From IMG/VR virus record IMGVR_UViG_3300033997_000141, positions 1 through 64,000 of that record: DNA of 64,000 nucleotides; one strand, 5' to 3'. Under the pieces are notes generated by a model, which saw nothing but the letters and a program-made list of their open reading frames with translations, did not search any database and was not told where the DNA came from. This DNA is from a virus. A program made the translations under genes and the position numbers. Positions 26,316-35,949 of this stretch are shown piece after piece; the stretch's first letter is position 1; each line of letters opens with the position of its first letter.

Positions 26316-29300
26316 CCACAACCAGCAGATGCGCATCCACGGCGCGGGCGGCGGCAGCAAAGGCAAGGCCCATACCCCCGTGGAGGCGCCAAACACGCTG
26401 CAAAGCGCGGTCAAGGGACGTATCCTCGACCTGCTGGCCTACGGCCCCATCTACGGCCTGGTGGACGGACTGAAGTCGGTATACCTCGACTCCACGCCGG
26501 TGCAGAACCCAGACGGCACGAACAACTTCTCCGGCGTGGTCATGGAGACCCGAGAGGGATACCCCGATCAGGACATGATCCCTGGTTTCCCGACGGTGGA
26601 GAACAGCATCGAGGTGAACACCGAGGTCCTGTTCGACACCCCGCCGGTGCGCAGCGTCTCGAACAACGACGCCGACGCGGTGCTGATCACCGTGCAGCTG
26701 GCTGCCCTGGTGCGCCAGGAGAGCAACGGTGACTCGGTAGGCGCTGCCGTGACCGTCTACGTGGACACCCGCCAGGGCAACGGGCAGTGGGTGACACGGA
26801 TTGGTGACACGATCAACGGCAAGACCACCTCGCCCTACCCCCGCACCTACCGGGTGAACTTGGAAAGGAACGGCATCGGCAACTACCAAGTCCGCGTGCG
26901 CCGGGGGAACAAGGAGAGTTCCAGCTCCACCGTCCGCGACCAAGTGAACTGGACGCTGCTGACCGAGGTGATCGATCGTCGGATGAGCTACCCCAACATG
27001 GCCATGGTGGGGATCAGCGTGGACTCGAAGCTGTTCGGCAGCTCGCTGCCCAGCCGCAGCTACGACGTGAAGCTGTCGATCGTCAGCGTCCCAAGCAACT
27101 ACGACCCTGCGACCCGCACCTACACGGGCCTTTGGGACGGCACGTTCAAGCAGGCCTGGACGGACAACCCCGCCTGGGCCTACTACGACCTGGCCACCCA
27201 CCCCGTGATCGGCGCAGGCATCAGCACGGTGGACAAATGGTCGCTGTACCGGATCGGCCAGTACGCCGATGAGTTGGTCGATGACGGCTTCGGAGGCATG
27301 GAGCCGCGCTTCACGCTGAACACGGTGTTCTCCGAGCAGGAAGACGCCATCCAGGCCCTCAACACCCTGGCCAGCGCGTTCCGTGGCATGTCCTACTGGG
27401 GTACCGACACCGTGGTGCCGGTGGCTGACATGCCAACCACCCCAGTGAAGATCGTGGCTCCGGCCAACGTGATCGACGGCGAGCTGGAATACTCCGGCAC
27501 CAGTGAACGCGAGCGCCACTCGGTCTGTGTGGTCATGTGGAACGACCCGAACGACGAGTTCAAGGCCGTGCCCGAAATCTACGAGGACCGGGACAGCATC
27601 GACAAGTTCGGCTGGCGTGAGACCCGCGTCACCGCCGTCGGCTGCAGCAGTCGTGGCCAGGCCCTGCGCTTGGCGAAGTGGATCCTGTACTCGGAGCGGG
27701 CCGAGACCCAGTCGCTGACCTATAAGGCCACGCTGGACCACGCAGACCTGCGCCCGGGCGACATCATCGAGGTGGCAGACCCTGACTACCAGGGGGCGCG
27801 GATGGCCGGCCGGATCATGGTGCCAAGCCAGACTGCGCCGGTCCTCGATCAGGTGCCCACAGAGGCTGTGCAGTCCACTCAGGCTGCCTGGTTCCTCAAG
27901 GTGCTCATGCCCGACGGCAGCATCCACACCTCCCAAGTCAGCTCGTTCCAGGGCAACACCGCGCACCTGCTGACCGGGCTGCCTGACCTGTCGATCGACG
28001 GTGCCATGTGGGCACTGTTCAGCCTCTCGTTGCAGCTACCCCAGTTCCGCGTCGTGTCGGTCACCGAGGAGGACGGCGGGATCTACAGTATCCTCGCCAC
28101 CGAGTACGACCCGCGCAAATACGACATTGTCGAGAAGGACCTGATCCTGCCGGATCGTCCCACCAGCATGCTGCCTACCGGCCCTGTGGCCCCGCCCCTG
28201 GACCTGTCCTTCGAGGCGTACACCTACTTTGCCGGGGGCAGCGAGCACCAGGGTCTGATCATCAGCTGGGCGCCGCCGAAGGACGTCCGGGTTAGCGAGT
28301 ATGTGCTGGATGTGAAATCTCCCGCTGACGGTGGTTTCCGCACCGTCTACAACGGCCCAGGCATGTCCTTCGACCTGCGAGACGCCATGGGCGGCGAGTG
28401 GATCATCCGCGTGCGCGCGGTGGCCTCCACCGGCGTGCCGTCGCAGTGGGTGAGCCGCACGGTGCAGATCGCCAACCTGCTGCTGCCGGTGCCGCCAGAC
28501 TCCGTCATCGTGGTCGAGAAGACCTTCGAGATCACCCTGAGCCCGGTCAGCGCCTATCGCACCCAGCTGTGGGAGTTCTACCGCAGCAACGTGCCGCTGT
28601 CGGCCGACCAGATCGAGACCAACGCCACCAAGCTACCCACCGGTACCTACCTGGTTGACGTGGGGCTGCGCGCGAACAGGACTTACTACTACTACATCCG
28701 GGGCATCAACCAGTACGGCGTATCTACCTGGTTCGCCACCCAGGGCACCACCCAGAACAACTTCGACGACATCATGGAAGCCGTCAAGAAGGAGATCATG
28801 GAGGGTGACACCTACATCTGGCTGCAACAGCAGATCGAGACGGTGGCCACGGACGCTGCCAACGCGGTGGTGGATGAGAAGGTGGCCAAGCTGCAGGAGC
28901 AGATCAACAACTTGGTCGATGCCCTGGCCTACGACCCGAAAAAGCCCTACACCAAGTATCAGGTGGTCAAGGGCGCCAACGACGGCATGCTCTGGCAGGC
29001 CACCGGACCGGTGCCGGCCGATCCTTCCGGGGCCAACGGTCCGCCAAACCCCATGTACTGGCGCAACATCGGCGAAGCCACCGAGTCGGTCGATGCTATG
29101 GCCGCCCAGGTCGAAGAGAACCGCGTCGGCATCGAGGAGTTGGACGGCAAGGTCACGGCTTCCGCGCAGCGCGTGAGTGGCCTGGTTGCGGCCGTGCGCC
29201 GGAACGAGGATGAGCAGGCCCAAGGCGCGGCTCAGTCCGCGATCGACGCCTACAAGACCAAGGCCTCGTTCAACCAGAAGATCAAGGTAGTGGCTGACGA

Positions 29301-30024
29301 AGTCAGCGCCACCGTGGAGAAGATCGAGAGCCTGGAAGTGAAGGTGGACAACAACACCGCTTCCATCGTCACCCTCGATCAGGTGGTCACGAACGGGCTG
29401 GCCTCTAACGCCACTGCCCTTCAGACCTTGACCACGGACTACGAGGGCAACAAGGCCACGGTGCAGAACCAGGTGACGGCGCTGTCCAGCGCCCAGAGTG
29501 CCCAGGCCACCCAGATCAGCACGCTGCAGACCAGCGTGGGCAACAACTCGGCAGCCATCCAGGTCCAGGCCGACGCGCTGACCACTCTGGACGGGCGGAT
29601 GAAGGCCTCCTACGGCATCAAGGTGCAGACCAACACCGCCGGGACGATCTACACGGCCGGCATGGGCATCGACGTCACCACCAACAACGGGATCACGCAG
29701 ACCCAGATCGTCTTCCAGGCGGACCGGTTCTCCCTGATCAACGTGGCCAACGGGGTGACCACGCTGCCGTTCCTGATCGACAGCGGCGTCGTCTACATCA
29801 ACTCCGCGATGATCAAGACCGGCTCGATCGACTTCCTGAAGATCAGCGACACCATCCAGTCCGACAACTACGTGGCCAACAGCACAGGCTGGAAGCTGTG
29901 GAAGAACGGCACGTTCGAACTCAACGGTCCAGTGGCCGGCGGCGGCCGCATGAAGATCACCAACCAAGTCATTTTGGTTTATGATGCCAACGGCGTGCTG
30001 CGCGTGCGCTTGGGCATCTGGTGA
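26308..30024 (+). CDS. central tail fibre / tip protein gpJ-like
   Basis: AWTDNPAW, EPRF, FN3 region, coiled coil, FQADRF, C-terminal YDANGVLRVRLGIW. Confidence 0.96.
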   Translation: MADHNQQMRIHGAGGGSKGKAHTPVEAPNTLQSAVKGRILDLLAYGPIYGLVDGLKSVYLDSTPVQNPDGTNNFSGVVMETREGYPDQDMIPGFPTVENSIEVNTEVLFDTPPVRSVSNNDADAVLITVQLAALVRQESNGDSVGAAVTVYVDTRQGNGQWVTRIGDTINGKTTSPYPRTYRVNLERNGIGNYQVRVRRGNKESSSSTVRDQVNWTLLTEVIDRRMSYPNMAMVGISVDSKLFGSSLPSRSYDVKLSIVSVPSNYDPATRTYTGLWDGTFKQAWTDNPAWAYYDLATHPVIGAGISTVDKWSLYRIGQYADELVDDGFGGMEPRFTLNTVFSEQEDAIQALNTLASAFRGMSYWGTDTVVPVADMPTTPVKIVAPANVIDGELEYSGTSERERHSVCVVMWNDPNDEFKAVPEIYEDRDSIDKFGWRETRVTAVGCSSRGQALRLAKWILYSERAETQSLTYKATLDHADLRPGDIIEVADPDYQGARMAGRIMVPSQTAPVLDQVPTEAVQSTQAAWFLKVLMPDGSIHTSQVSSFQGNTAHLLTGLPDLSIDGAMWALFSLSLQLPQFRVVSVTEEDGGIYSILATEYDPRKYDIVEKDLILPDRPTSMLPTGPVAPPLDLSFEAYTYFAGGSEHQGLIISWAPPKDVRVSEYVLDVKSPADGGFRTVYNGPGMSFDLRDAMGGEWIIRVRAVASTGVPSQWVSRTVQIANLLLPVPPDSVIVVEKTFEITLSPVSAYRTQLWEFYRSNVPLSADQIETNATKLPTGTYLVDVGLRANRTYYYYIRGINQYGVSTWFATQGTTQNNFDDIMEAVKKEIMEGDTYIWLQQQIETVATDAANAVVDEKVAKLQEQINNLVDALAYDPKKPYTKYQVVKGANDGMLWQATGPVPADPSGANGPPNPMYWRNIGEATESVDAMAAQVEENRVGIEELDGKVTASAQRVSGLVAAVRRNEDEQAQGAAQSAIDAYKTKASFNQKIKVVADEVSATVEKIESLEVKVDNNTASIVTLDQVVTNGLASNATALQTLTTDYEGNKATVQNQVTALSSAQSAQATQISTLQTSVGNNSAAIQVQADALTTLDGRMKASYGIKVQTNTAGTIYTAGMGIDVTTNNGITQTQIVFQADRFSLINVANGVTTLPFLIDSGVVYINSAMIKTGSIDFLKISDTIQSDNYVANSTGWKLWKNGTFELNGPVAGGGRMKITNQVILVYDANGVLRVRLGIW

Positions 30025-30046
30025 TGACCCCAATCAAGGAGAGATC

Positions 30047-31840
30047 ATGGTCACATGGGTAAAGACCGGGACGGTCGATGTCACCAACGGCAGCACTACC
30101 GTCATTGGCCACGGCACGATGTTCGTGGACGAGTTCCGGGAAGGGGATGGGTTCGTAGGTCCTGACGACAGGCTCTATGAAGTCCTCAACTTGGTCAGCA
30201 ACACCCAGATGACCCTGGGCAAGGGCTACAACGGCATCACCGAGAACGGCCGGCCCTACGCTGTGATCCCGATCCAGGGCTACCTGCAGCGTACCGCAGA
30301 CATGCTGCGCGAGCTGACCTTGGAGGCTGGTGAGACCATCAGCAGCCCGAACGTCAGTGCGCTGGCGCAAGCTATTGCCGCTGCCAATGGTGTCCTGTAC
30401 TTCACCACCTCCACGACGATGGGTACGGCGCCCAGCCAGGCGTTTGGCCGAGGGTTGCTCAACCTGGCGAATGATGTGGCACTGCGTAATGCAGCAGGGC
30501 TGGAGCCAAGCCAGGCGTATGGCAGGGGGTTTTTGAACTTAGCAGACGCTGCGGCGGGTAGAACGAAGCTAGCATTAGGCACTGCGGCGACCGGCACAGT
30601 GACAACCTCCTGGGCAGACACCACCGCCAACCGGATCACTAAAACCGGAGATTATGGGTGGGGTGCGACTGGACTGACGGACTCCGATCTCGCCATTATC
30701 GGCCACTCTACCGCGTTCAGAGGGTTCAACAGCACGGCGCTACCGACGACTGCTACGCATGTCGGGGTTCATTTACAGCGCGAAGCGGGTGGCCGTGCGC
30801 TGAGCCTTGTAGGCGGTGACTCGGGCAATAAGTTGTACTGGATGAACCGGAACAGCTCTGGCGCGGCTCAACCTTGGAAAGAGGCCATGGCAGTTGGCGA
30901 CTTTGGTATCGGTGGCTATGGTGCCCTCGTTCTGTCAACCGCTATCAATAGCCTCGTGACCACCGGGTTTTATTATTGCAATAGTGCGAACAGTGGCGAG
31001 AACTTGCCTGTTGCAAGCAACGGTTATTTGCTGGTCCACGCACAAGGCCCGCTCTATACCAAACAAACGTTTAGCCACGACACAGATGGCCGGACCTGGG
31101 AGCGCTTCCTCGTCAACAACGTTTGGCAAAATTGGGATCCCGTCCTAAAAGGATCCAACGTAACAGTCAGCGCAGACGACATCGGTGTAGGCCGTTTGTT
31201 GAAGAACGGGGACTGGGGTATTGGCGCCACCAACAACGCTGTTACCGTTGCCGACCTCAACGTAGTTGCGGCGGGTGGTATTCGGAGGGTTACACCGGAT
31301 ACCACCAACAGACCGTCGGGACTCAACTACGGTACTGTTGTTGACACCATGTACGAAAAGAGTTCAGAGAACTGGGCTCAGATGGCGATGTCGATGACGG
31401 AGCCGAGGGCGTGGATACGTTCGCGCATCAACAACGCCGCACCAGCAGTTTCCGAAATCTACACTAGGTTCAATGCTGTCGGAACTGTCTCCCAAGTGAG
31501 CGGAATACCGACCGGAGCAGTTATTGAGCGAGGTAGTAACAGTAACGGGCAATACGTCAAATATGCAGATGGGACAATGTTCCAATGGGGGCAAGTTCAA
31601 TCTGCAAGCCTCGCTGTGTCTACAACAACCGCAAGCGCTATTCCATTCCCTTTGCCGTTTGCGGGCTCTGCCCCCATCATGCCTAAAATATCTGTAGAAC
31701 CCTATTTGAACTGGGACCACTACGGGGCGATTGGTGCCTCAAGTGTTAGTTCGAACGCTATGAACGTCTTTGTTCGAAACGGTGCGACCACCGCACAGCA
31801 ATTTGTCATACGCTGGGAATGTACCGGGCGTTGGTTCTAG
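30047..31840 (+). CDS. lateral tail fibre protein
   Basis: GTVDVTNGSTTVIG anchor, repeated GD(Y/F/W)GxG modules, IERGSNSNGQYVKYADGT C-terminal domain; lower GC. Confidence 0.88.
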   Translation: MVTWVKTGTVDVTNGSTTVIGHGTMFVDEFREGDGFVGPDDRLYEVLNLVSNTQMTLGKGYNGITENGRPYAVIPIQGYLQRTADMLRELTLEAGETISSPNVSALAQAIAAANGVLYFTTSTTMGTAPSQAFGRGLLNLANDVALRNAAGLEPSQAYGRGFLNLADAAAGRTKLALGTAATGTVTTSWADTTANRITKTGDYGWGATGLTDSDLAIIGHSTAFRGFNSTALPTTATHVGVHLQREAGGRALSLVGGDSGNKLYWMNRNSSGAAQPWKEAMAVGDFGIGGYGALVLSTAINSLVTTGFYYCNSANSGENLPVASNGYLLVHAQGPLYTKQTFSHDTDGRTWERFLVNNVWQNWDPVLKGSNVTVSADDIGVGRLLKNGDWGIGATNNAVTVADLNVVAAGGIRRVTPDTTNRPSGLNYGTVVDTMYEKSSENWAQMAMSMTEPRAWIRSRINNAAPAVSEIYTRFNAVGTVSQVSGIPTGAVIERGSNSNGQYVKYADGTMFQWGQVQSASLAVSTTTASAIPFPLPFAGSAPIMPKISVEPYLNWDHYGAIGASSVSSNAMNVFVRNGATTAQQFVIRWECTGRWF

Positions 31841-31851
31841 GAGAGGGTCAT

Positions 31852-32226
31852 ATGCTCATAAAATTCTCCCCCGTCCGCTCTGACAGCGGCGACATACTGA
31901 TCGATGTAGAGGGGGACACCATCCTCGTGGATGGGGAAGTTTTTGACTTCGGGCCAATGGGTATGGGGGACAGACTGCCGTCTGATGCCTGCACCCCTAA
32001 TCCCTTTTTCGGCAATATCACGAGAGGCCCCCACGGCATTGAGCTAATGGTCGTGCTCCCCCATGGAGCTAACGCCTCACACGCCCGACGGTTCCCGGAG
32101 CCAATAATCATGACGGAGCCTGGCAGCGTCTCTGCGCTTTTGCCCCCCTACGACGAGGTGATTACACCCCCGCAGCCTGAAAGCTCCGAAGAACCTAGCC
32201 TGGAGATTGATAATGGCAACAATTGA
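31852..32226 (+). CDS. tail-fibre-associated protein
   Basis: MLIKFSPVRSD..DGEVFDF..LPHG..ARRFPEPI pattern typical downstream of Pseudomonas phage fibres. Confidence 0.75.
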   Translation: MLIKFSPVRSDSGDILIDVEGDTILVDGEVFDFGPMGMGDRLPSDACTPNPFFGNITRGPHGIELMVVLPHGANASHARRFPEPIIMTEPGSVSALLPPYDEVITPPQPESSEEPSLEIDNGNN

Positions 32227-32491
32227 TTGGAGCAGGCTGGTGACCGCAGAGGAGATAGTCGCTGAGGAGTTGGCTATGGCCATCAAAGCCGCACAAGCAC
32301 AAATTTCGGTGCGTAGGTTGACTGCCGACGGCATGATCGGCGCTCTGCAAGACGCTGTAGACCTCGGCGAGGCGACCCCCGAAGAGGAAGCCAAGCTGCT
32401 GGAGTGGAAGCGGTACCGGATCGCGTTGATCCGCGTGCCGAACCAACCAGGTTACCCTATCGAGATCACCTGGCCGGTTGTTCCGGCGTAA
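32213..32491 (+). CDS. tail fibre assembly chaperone (Tfa-like)
   Basis: LQDAVDLGEATPEE..WKRYRIALIRV..WP. Confidence 0.88.
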   Translation: MATIDWSRLVTAEEIVAEELAMAIKAAQAQISVRRLTADGMIGALQDAVDLGEATPEEEAKLLEWKRYRIALIRVPNQPGYPIEITWPVVPA

Positions 32492-32512
32492 CGCAGTAGC
32501 AAGGAGGCTGAC

Positions 32513-33031
32513 ATGGCGAGGATTTCGATTGATGAAGCTGGTGGCCAGAACGTCGTGGCGTACCTCGACATGTTGGCCTTTGCGGAAGGCACGTCTACCT
32601 CGCGCTTCACGCGCGACGACGGGTATGACGTGATGGTGGGCGGGATCGATCTGACCCCGAATGACGGCGTGGATGACGCGCCGAAGACGTTTAGCAGTTA
32701 TGCCGACCATCCTAACAAGCTGATCACAGTGAACACGAAGGGACTGAAGTCAACCGCAGCCGGCCGCTACCAGCAGCTGTCACGCTACTGGCCCGCGTAC
32801 AAGAAGCTGCTGAAGCTGCCCGACTTCGGGCCCGTCAGCCAGGACAAGCTCGCGATCCAGTTGATCCGCGAGCGGCGCGCACTCGATGACGTGAAGGCTG
32901 GCCGCATCGAGGACGCGATCTACAAGTGCAACAACATCTGGGCTTCGCTCACGGGGTCCAAGTACGGCCAGAAGACCTGGCCGCTGGCGACCCTGATGAA
33001 GGTCTACTTGGACAAAGGCGGTAACCTCTGA
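32513..33031 (+). CDS. endolysin, lambda R-like lysozyme/lytic transglycosylase
   Basis: AYLDMLAFAEGT, STAAGRYQ, SQDKLA, IWASL. Confidence 0.93.
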   Translation: MARISIDEAGGQNVVAYLDMLAFAEGTSTSRFTRDDGYDVMVGGIDLTPNDGVDDAPKTFSSYADHPNKLITVNTKGLKSTAAGRYQQLSRYWPAYKKLLKLPDFGPVSQDKLAIQLIRERRALDDVKAGRIEDAIYKCNNIWASLTGSKYGQKTWPLATLMKVYLDKGGNL

Positions 33032-33345
33032 TGCCGGTGGGATTGCAAACGTGGGACGCCTCTGGACGGTTAATGCTTGATGCCACAAACCGGATTGGAC
33101 GGATCTTGACCTCCTTCAACACCGGAGGTTCTAACGGGTCGGTAAACGTCCCAGGATTGGTAGGAGCTGGCACGCCGTTCTACTACGTGACAGTTGATCT
33201 CGACAACCTCGTCCAGTGTGCATTCCCCGCAGTCAGCATTTCTGGCAGCACAGTCAGCTGGACCTTCATTGACTACGAGCGGACCTTGTACCCCTACGGC
33301 GCGGCCCCTAGGATACCTGTCACGGTCAATGTTGGAGTGTACTGA
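33031..33345 (+). CDS. tail-tip small accessory/adaptor protein, copy B
   Basis: GLQTWDASGRLMLD N-terminus, ends GVY; TGATG coupling; paralog of 2762..3064. Confidence 0.78.
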   Translation: MPVGLQTWDASGRLMLDATNRIGRILTSFNTGGSNGSVNVPGLVGAGTPFYYVTVDLDNLVQCAFPAVSISGSTVSWTFIDYERTLYPYGAAPRIPVTVNVGVY

Positions 33346-34043
33346 TGACAGCGGGTTTGACAGTGTTCATGGATCAGGGGGTCCTTCAGCTCGACTCAAG
33401 CATGAAGACCTCCATGCTCGTACTGAGGATGACTTACACTGGGCCCTACACGACACCAGGTAACATGCCCTACGCGGGCACTTGGTACTACTTCACCATC
33501 ACAGTTCCGGCCAACGTAAAGTACCTGTGCTTCTCGTCCCCGAACCCAAATCTGGGCATTGCTCTGTTCAGGAAAAGCGGAACCAGCCATGAGTTCGTGA
33601 CCAACATCCAGGGCACGATCGATATCTACGGTTTCGCCGATGGCGTTGGTACCTCTACCACCAACTCGGGCCTGCAGCTGTTCGATGAGAGTGGAACCCT
33701 GACCTTCGATTCCGACAATAGGTTCATGCGCATCTCGGATACGTTTGTTGCGCAGCCTCCTGGTTACCCACCCGGAGGGGTTGCCAAACCATGGCCTAGC
33801 TCAACACGCAAGTATGCGGCCGGTATCGGGTTTTATGGGACAAGATGGCAGGGGGCATACTTAGGTGGCGCCCCTTGGGGTATCCTGGCCACCTACGGAC
33901 TTCGTGTAGGCCCTACCGAGGTATACGGAGGGGAGACCTGGATCTACGCCCGCCCTTGGGGCGGTGGTGGTGACCCCGCGCCTACTGACACGCCACGCCA
34001 CCCCGCACCAACCGTTCTGGTGATCGACGTGACGGATCTTTAG
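33345..34043 (+). CDS. tail-tip receptor-binding protein, copy B (intact)
   Basis: GLTVFMDQGVLQLDS and GLQLFDESGTLTFDS repeats, ends VIDVTDL; lower GC. Confidence 0.75.
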   Translation: MTAGLTVFMDQGVLQLDSSMKTSMLVLRMTYTGPYTTPGNMPYAGTWYYFTITVPANVKYLCFSSPNPNLGIALFRKSGTSHEFVTNIQGTIDIYGFADGVGTSTTNSGLQLFDESGTLTFDSDNRFMRISDTFVAQPPGYPPGGVAKPWPSSTRKYAAGIGFYGTRWQGAYLGGAPWGILATYGLRVGPTEVYGGETWIYARPWGGGGDPAPTDTPRHPAPTVLVIDVTDL

Positions 34044-34081
34044 CGTATACAATCGCCCGAAATTTGACAGGGGATGTCAAT

Positions 34082-34471
34082 ATGCCACTCACGATGATCA
34101 CCTCGAAAACCACAGGCTGGCTGCTCGTCGTCCTCTTGGTCATCACCTTCGCCCTGGGCGCGCTCCTGACCCTCACGATTCAGGACCGCAACCTGGTCAA
34201 GCAGACGCTCAAGGAAACCAAGCAGGAGCTGAAGCAGGAGAAAGCCGAGAGCCAGCGCCAGGAGGGCAACTTCAACGGCTGCCTCGGTGCCCTGGGCCAG
34301 ATCAACCAGGCGATCGCCAAGAACGCTGCCGATGCTCAGCAGAGCAACGTTGAGGCGCGGGCCCTGGCCACCTCCTCGATGGCCCAGCTGCCCAAGCTGA
34401 TCCGACAGGACCGCACCTTGGCCGCGCAGCCGGCCACCGCCACCCAGTGGGTGAAGGGTCTGTTCCGGTGA
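34082..34471 (+). CDS. i-spanin (Rz-like)
   Basis: N-terminal TM helix plus periplasmic coiled coil. Confidence 0.75.
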   Translation: MPLTMITSKTTGWLLVVLLVITFALGALLTLTIQDRNLVKQTLKETKQELKQEKAESQRQEGNFNGCLGALGQINQAIAKNAADAQQSNVEARALATSSMAQLPKLIRQDRTLAAQPATATQWVKGLFR

Positions 34472-34788
34472 CGGCTCACGCCCTGGCGCTGGCCATCGCG
34501 CTGATCACCCTGCAGGGCTGCACCCGGGCGGTGGAGCCCGTGCAGCCGCCGGCCCAACCCTACGAGGTGAAGGTGCCCGTGCTGGTGAAGGCCACGCCGC
34601 CTGACAGCCTTGCCCTGCCCTACGTCCCCACCGAATTCCCCACCTTCGTCAACCCGGACGCGCCGGGCGTGGTCTATGGTTTGACCAAGGAGGGCTGGGA
34701 GCGCTTGCAAACCATCCTTCGGACGCTGCACACTCGCGACCAAGCCTGGCGGAGCTGGGCAACTGGACATGGAGAGCCCAATGAGTGA
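34468..34788 (+). CDS. o-spanin lipoprotein (Rz1-like)
   Basis: Signal peptide with LQGC lipobox, Pro-rich; GTGA overlap with the i-spanin. Confidence 0.78.
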   Translation: MTAHALALAIALITLQGCTRAVEPVQPPAQPYEVKVPVLVKATPPDSLALPYVPTEFPTFVNPDAPGVVYGLTKEGWERLQTILRTLHTRDQAWRSWATGHGEPNE

Positions 34789-35215
34789 TGCCCGCTTGAT
34801 GCGGTTTGCCTACACCCCCAACGGCACCTTCGGGCGCCTGGTGGTAGGCGGCAAAGAGTTCTACACGGTCGAGCGACCGTGGAAGGACAACCAATCCAAC
34901 GTGAGCTGCATCCCCGAGGGGCGTTACACCCTCCGCATGCGCGACTCTGGTGTGGTGACCCGATCCACTGGCGGGGCCTACTCCCGCGGTTGGGAGGTCA
35001 CCAACGTCAAGGGTCGATCGTTCATCATGATCCACCCAGGGAACACCGTTGACGACCTGCAAGGCTGCATCGCCCCGGGCAAGCAGCTGGGCGTGGTCAA
35101 CGGCAAATGGGCGGTCGCCAGCAGTCGGCCGGCATTTGACGAACTGATGTCGATCCTGGCGGGTCAAGATGAGTGGAACCTCACCATCGACTTCAGCAAC
35201 GGCTACGCCGGCTGA
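34781..35215 (+). CDS. DUF5675-family protein (putative second cell-wall enzyme)
   Basis: GTFGRL..TVERPW..N..SCIPEGRY..IMIHPGN..GCI. Confidence 0.8.
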   Translation: MSDARLMRFAYTPNGTFGRLVVGGKEFYTVERPWKDNQSNVSCIPEGRYTLRMRDSGVVTRSTGGAYSRGWEVTNVKGRSFIMIHPGNTVDDLQGCIAPGKQLGVVNGKWAVASSRPAFDELMSILAGQDEWNLTIDFSNGYAG

Positions 35216-35227
35216 CCAGGTGCCGAC

Positions 35228-35572
35228 ATGAATACTGACTCGCTCATCAATCTTGTCGTAGACGTCTTCCCTTTCCTGATGTACGGCGCTGTCCTGTTCA
35301 AGGTTTGGCAGAGCTGGTCCAAAGTCAAGGTCAGCGCAGACGCGGCCCGGCGCCACCGAATGGCGGCCATCCTGATCCTGTTCAGCGTCGTCGTTATCTG
35401 CCTGCTGGGCGCGAATGCCTACGCTTTCGTCGCCACCGGCAAGACCTACCTGTCGATCAGGGGCTTCCAGATTTTCTTGGTGGGCAACTGCATCGTGTAC
35501 TGGCTGGTCATCGACATCCTGACGAAGGACTCGATCCCAGAGCAAGGACACGAACGTGAATCTGCCGGTTGA
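35228..35572 (+). CDS. three-TM membrane protein (holin/antiholin candidate)
   Basis: Three hydrophobic segments; lysis cluster. Confidence 0.6.
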   Translation: MNTDSLINLVVDVFPFLMYGAVLFKVWQSWSKVKVSADAARRHRMAAILILFSVVVICLLGANAYAFVATGKTYLSIRGFQIFLVGNCIVYWLVIDILTKDSIPEQGHERESAG

Positions 35573-35933
35573 GCTGCTGGATAAGCTGCAGGAGTACGCC
35601 TACTCAGGCACGCTCGGCGCTTTCGCAGCTCTGGTGGGCTACCTGTACCAGGTGGCCCGATCGCCGGGCAACAAGGTCAGCGTGTTCATGATTTTCACAA
35701 CCATCGTGATCGGGTTCTACTTGGGGGTGGTGTTCGGTTCGTTCATTCCCAAGAGCTGGGACAACCGAGATGCCGTGCTGCTGCTCGTAGGAGCCACGGG
35801 CTTGAAGGGATTCGAGATCGTCGTTGGCTGGGCCAAGTCGGCGATCCCGAACTTGCTGAAGGCCATCCTCCAGGGCGCCGCGGGGGCGGCAGGAGGCGGC
35901 GGAGAAGAGGGGAAGAACAACGAGGGCAGCTAA
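35556..35933 (+). CDS. holin candidate
   Basis: Three hydrophobic segments and a charged C-terminus. Confidence 0.65.
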   Translation: MNLPVELLDKLQEYAYSGTLGAFAALVGYLYQVARSPGNKVSVFMIFTTIVIGFYLGVVFGSFIPKSWDNRDAVLLLVGATGLKGFEIVVGWAKSAIPNLLKAILQGAAGAAGGGGEEGKNNEGS

Positions 35934-35944
35934 CGCTGCCCTCG
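35921..35944. terminator. hairpin at the convergence of the late and replication arms
   Basis: CGAGGGCAGC-TAAC-GCTGCCCTCG perfect 10-bp stem. Confidence 0.6.
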
Positions 35945-35949
35945 GCGTT

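Noticed and set aside
7310-30033. Long antisense ORFs (e.g. 7310..9202, 10525..12708, 18675..21716, 21972..23951, 28633..30033)
   Set aside because: Shadows of high-GC3 genes on the opposite strand; no motifs or SD sequences.
2762-34043. DGR or invertase-based tropism switch to explain the two RBP modules
   Set aside because: No reverse transcriptase, no near-identical TR/VR pair, no invertase or flanking inverted repeats in the window; the paralogs are similar only at protein level.
34064-34080. TTGACA-N5-TGTCAA palindrome as an FNR box or divergent promoter
   Set aside because: Wrong spacing for FNR and no properly spaced -10 either way; at most a small hairpin around the spanin SD.
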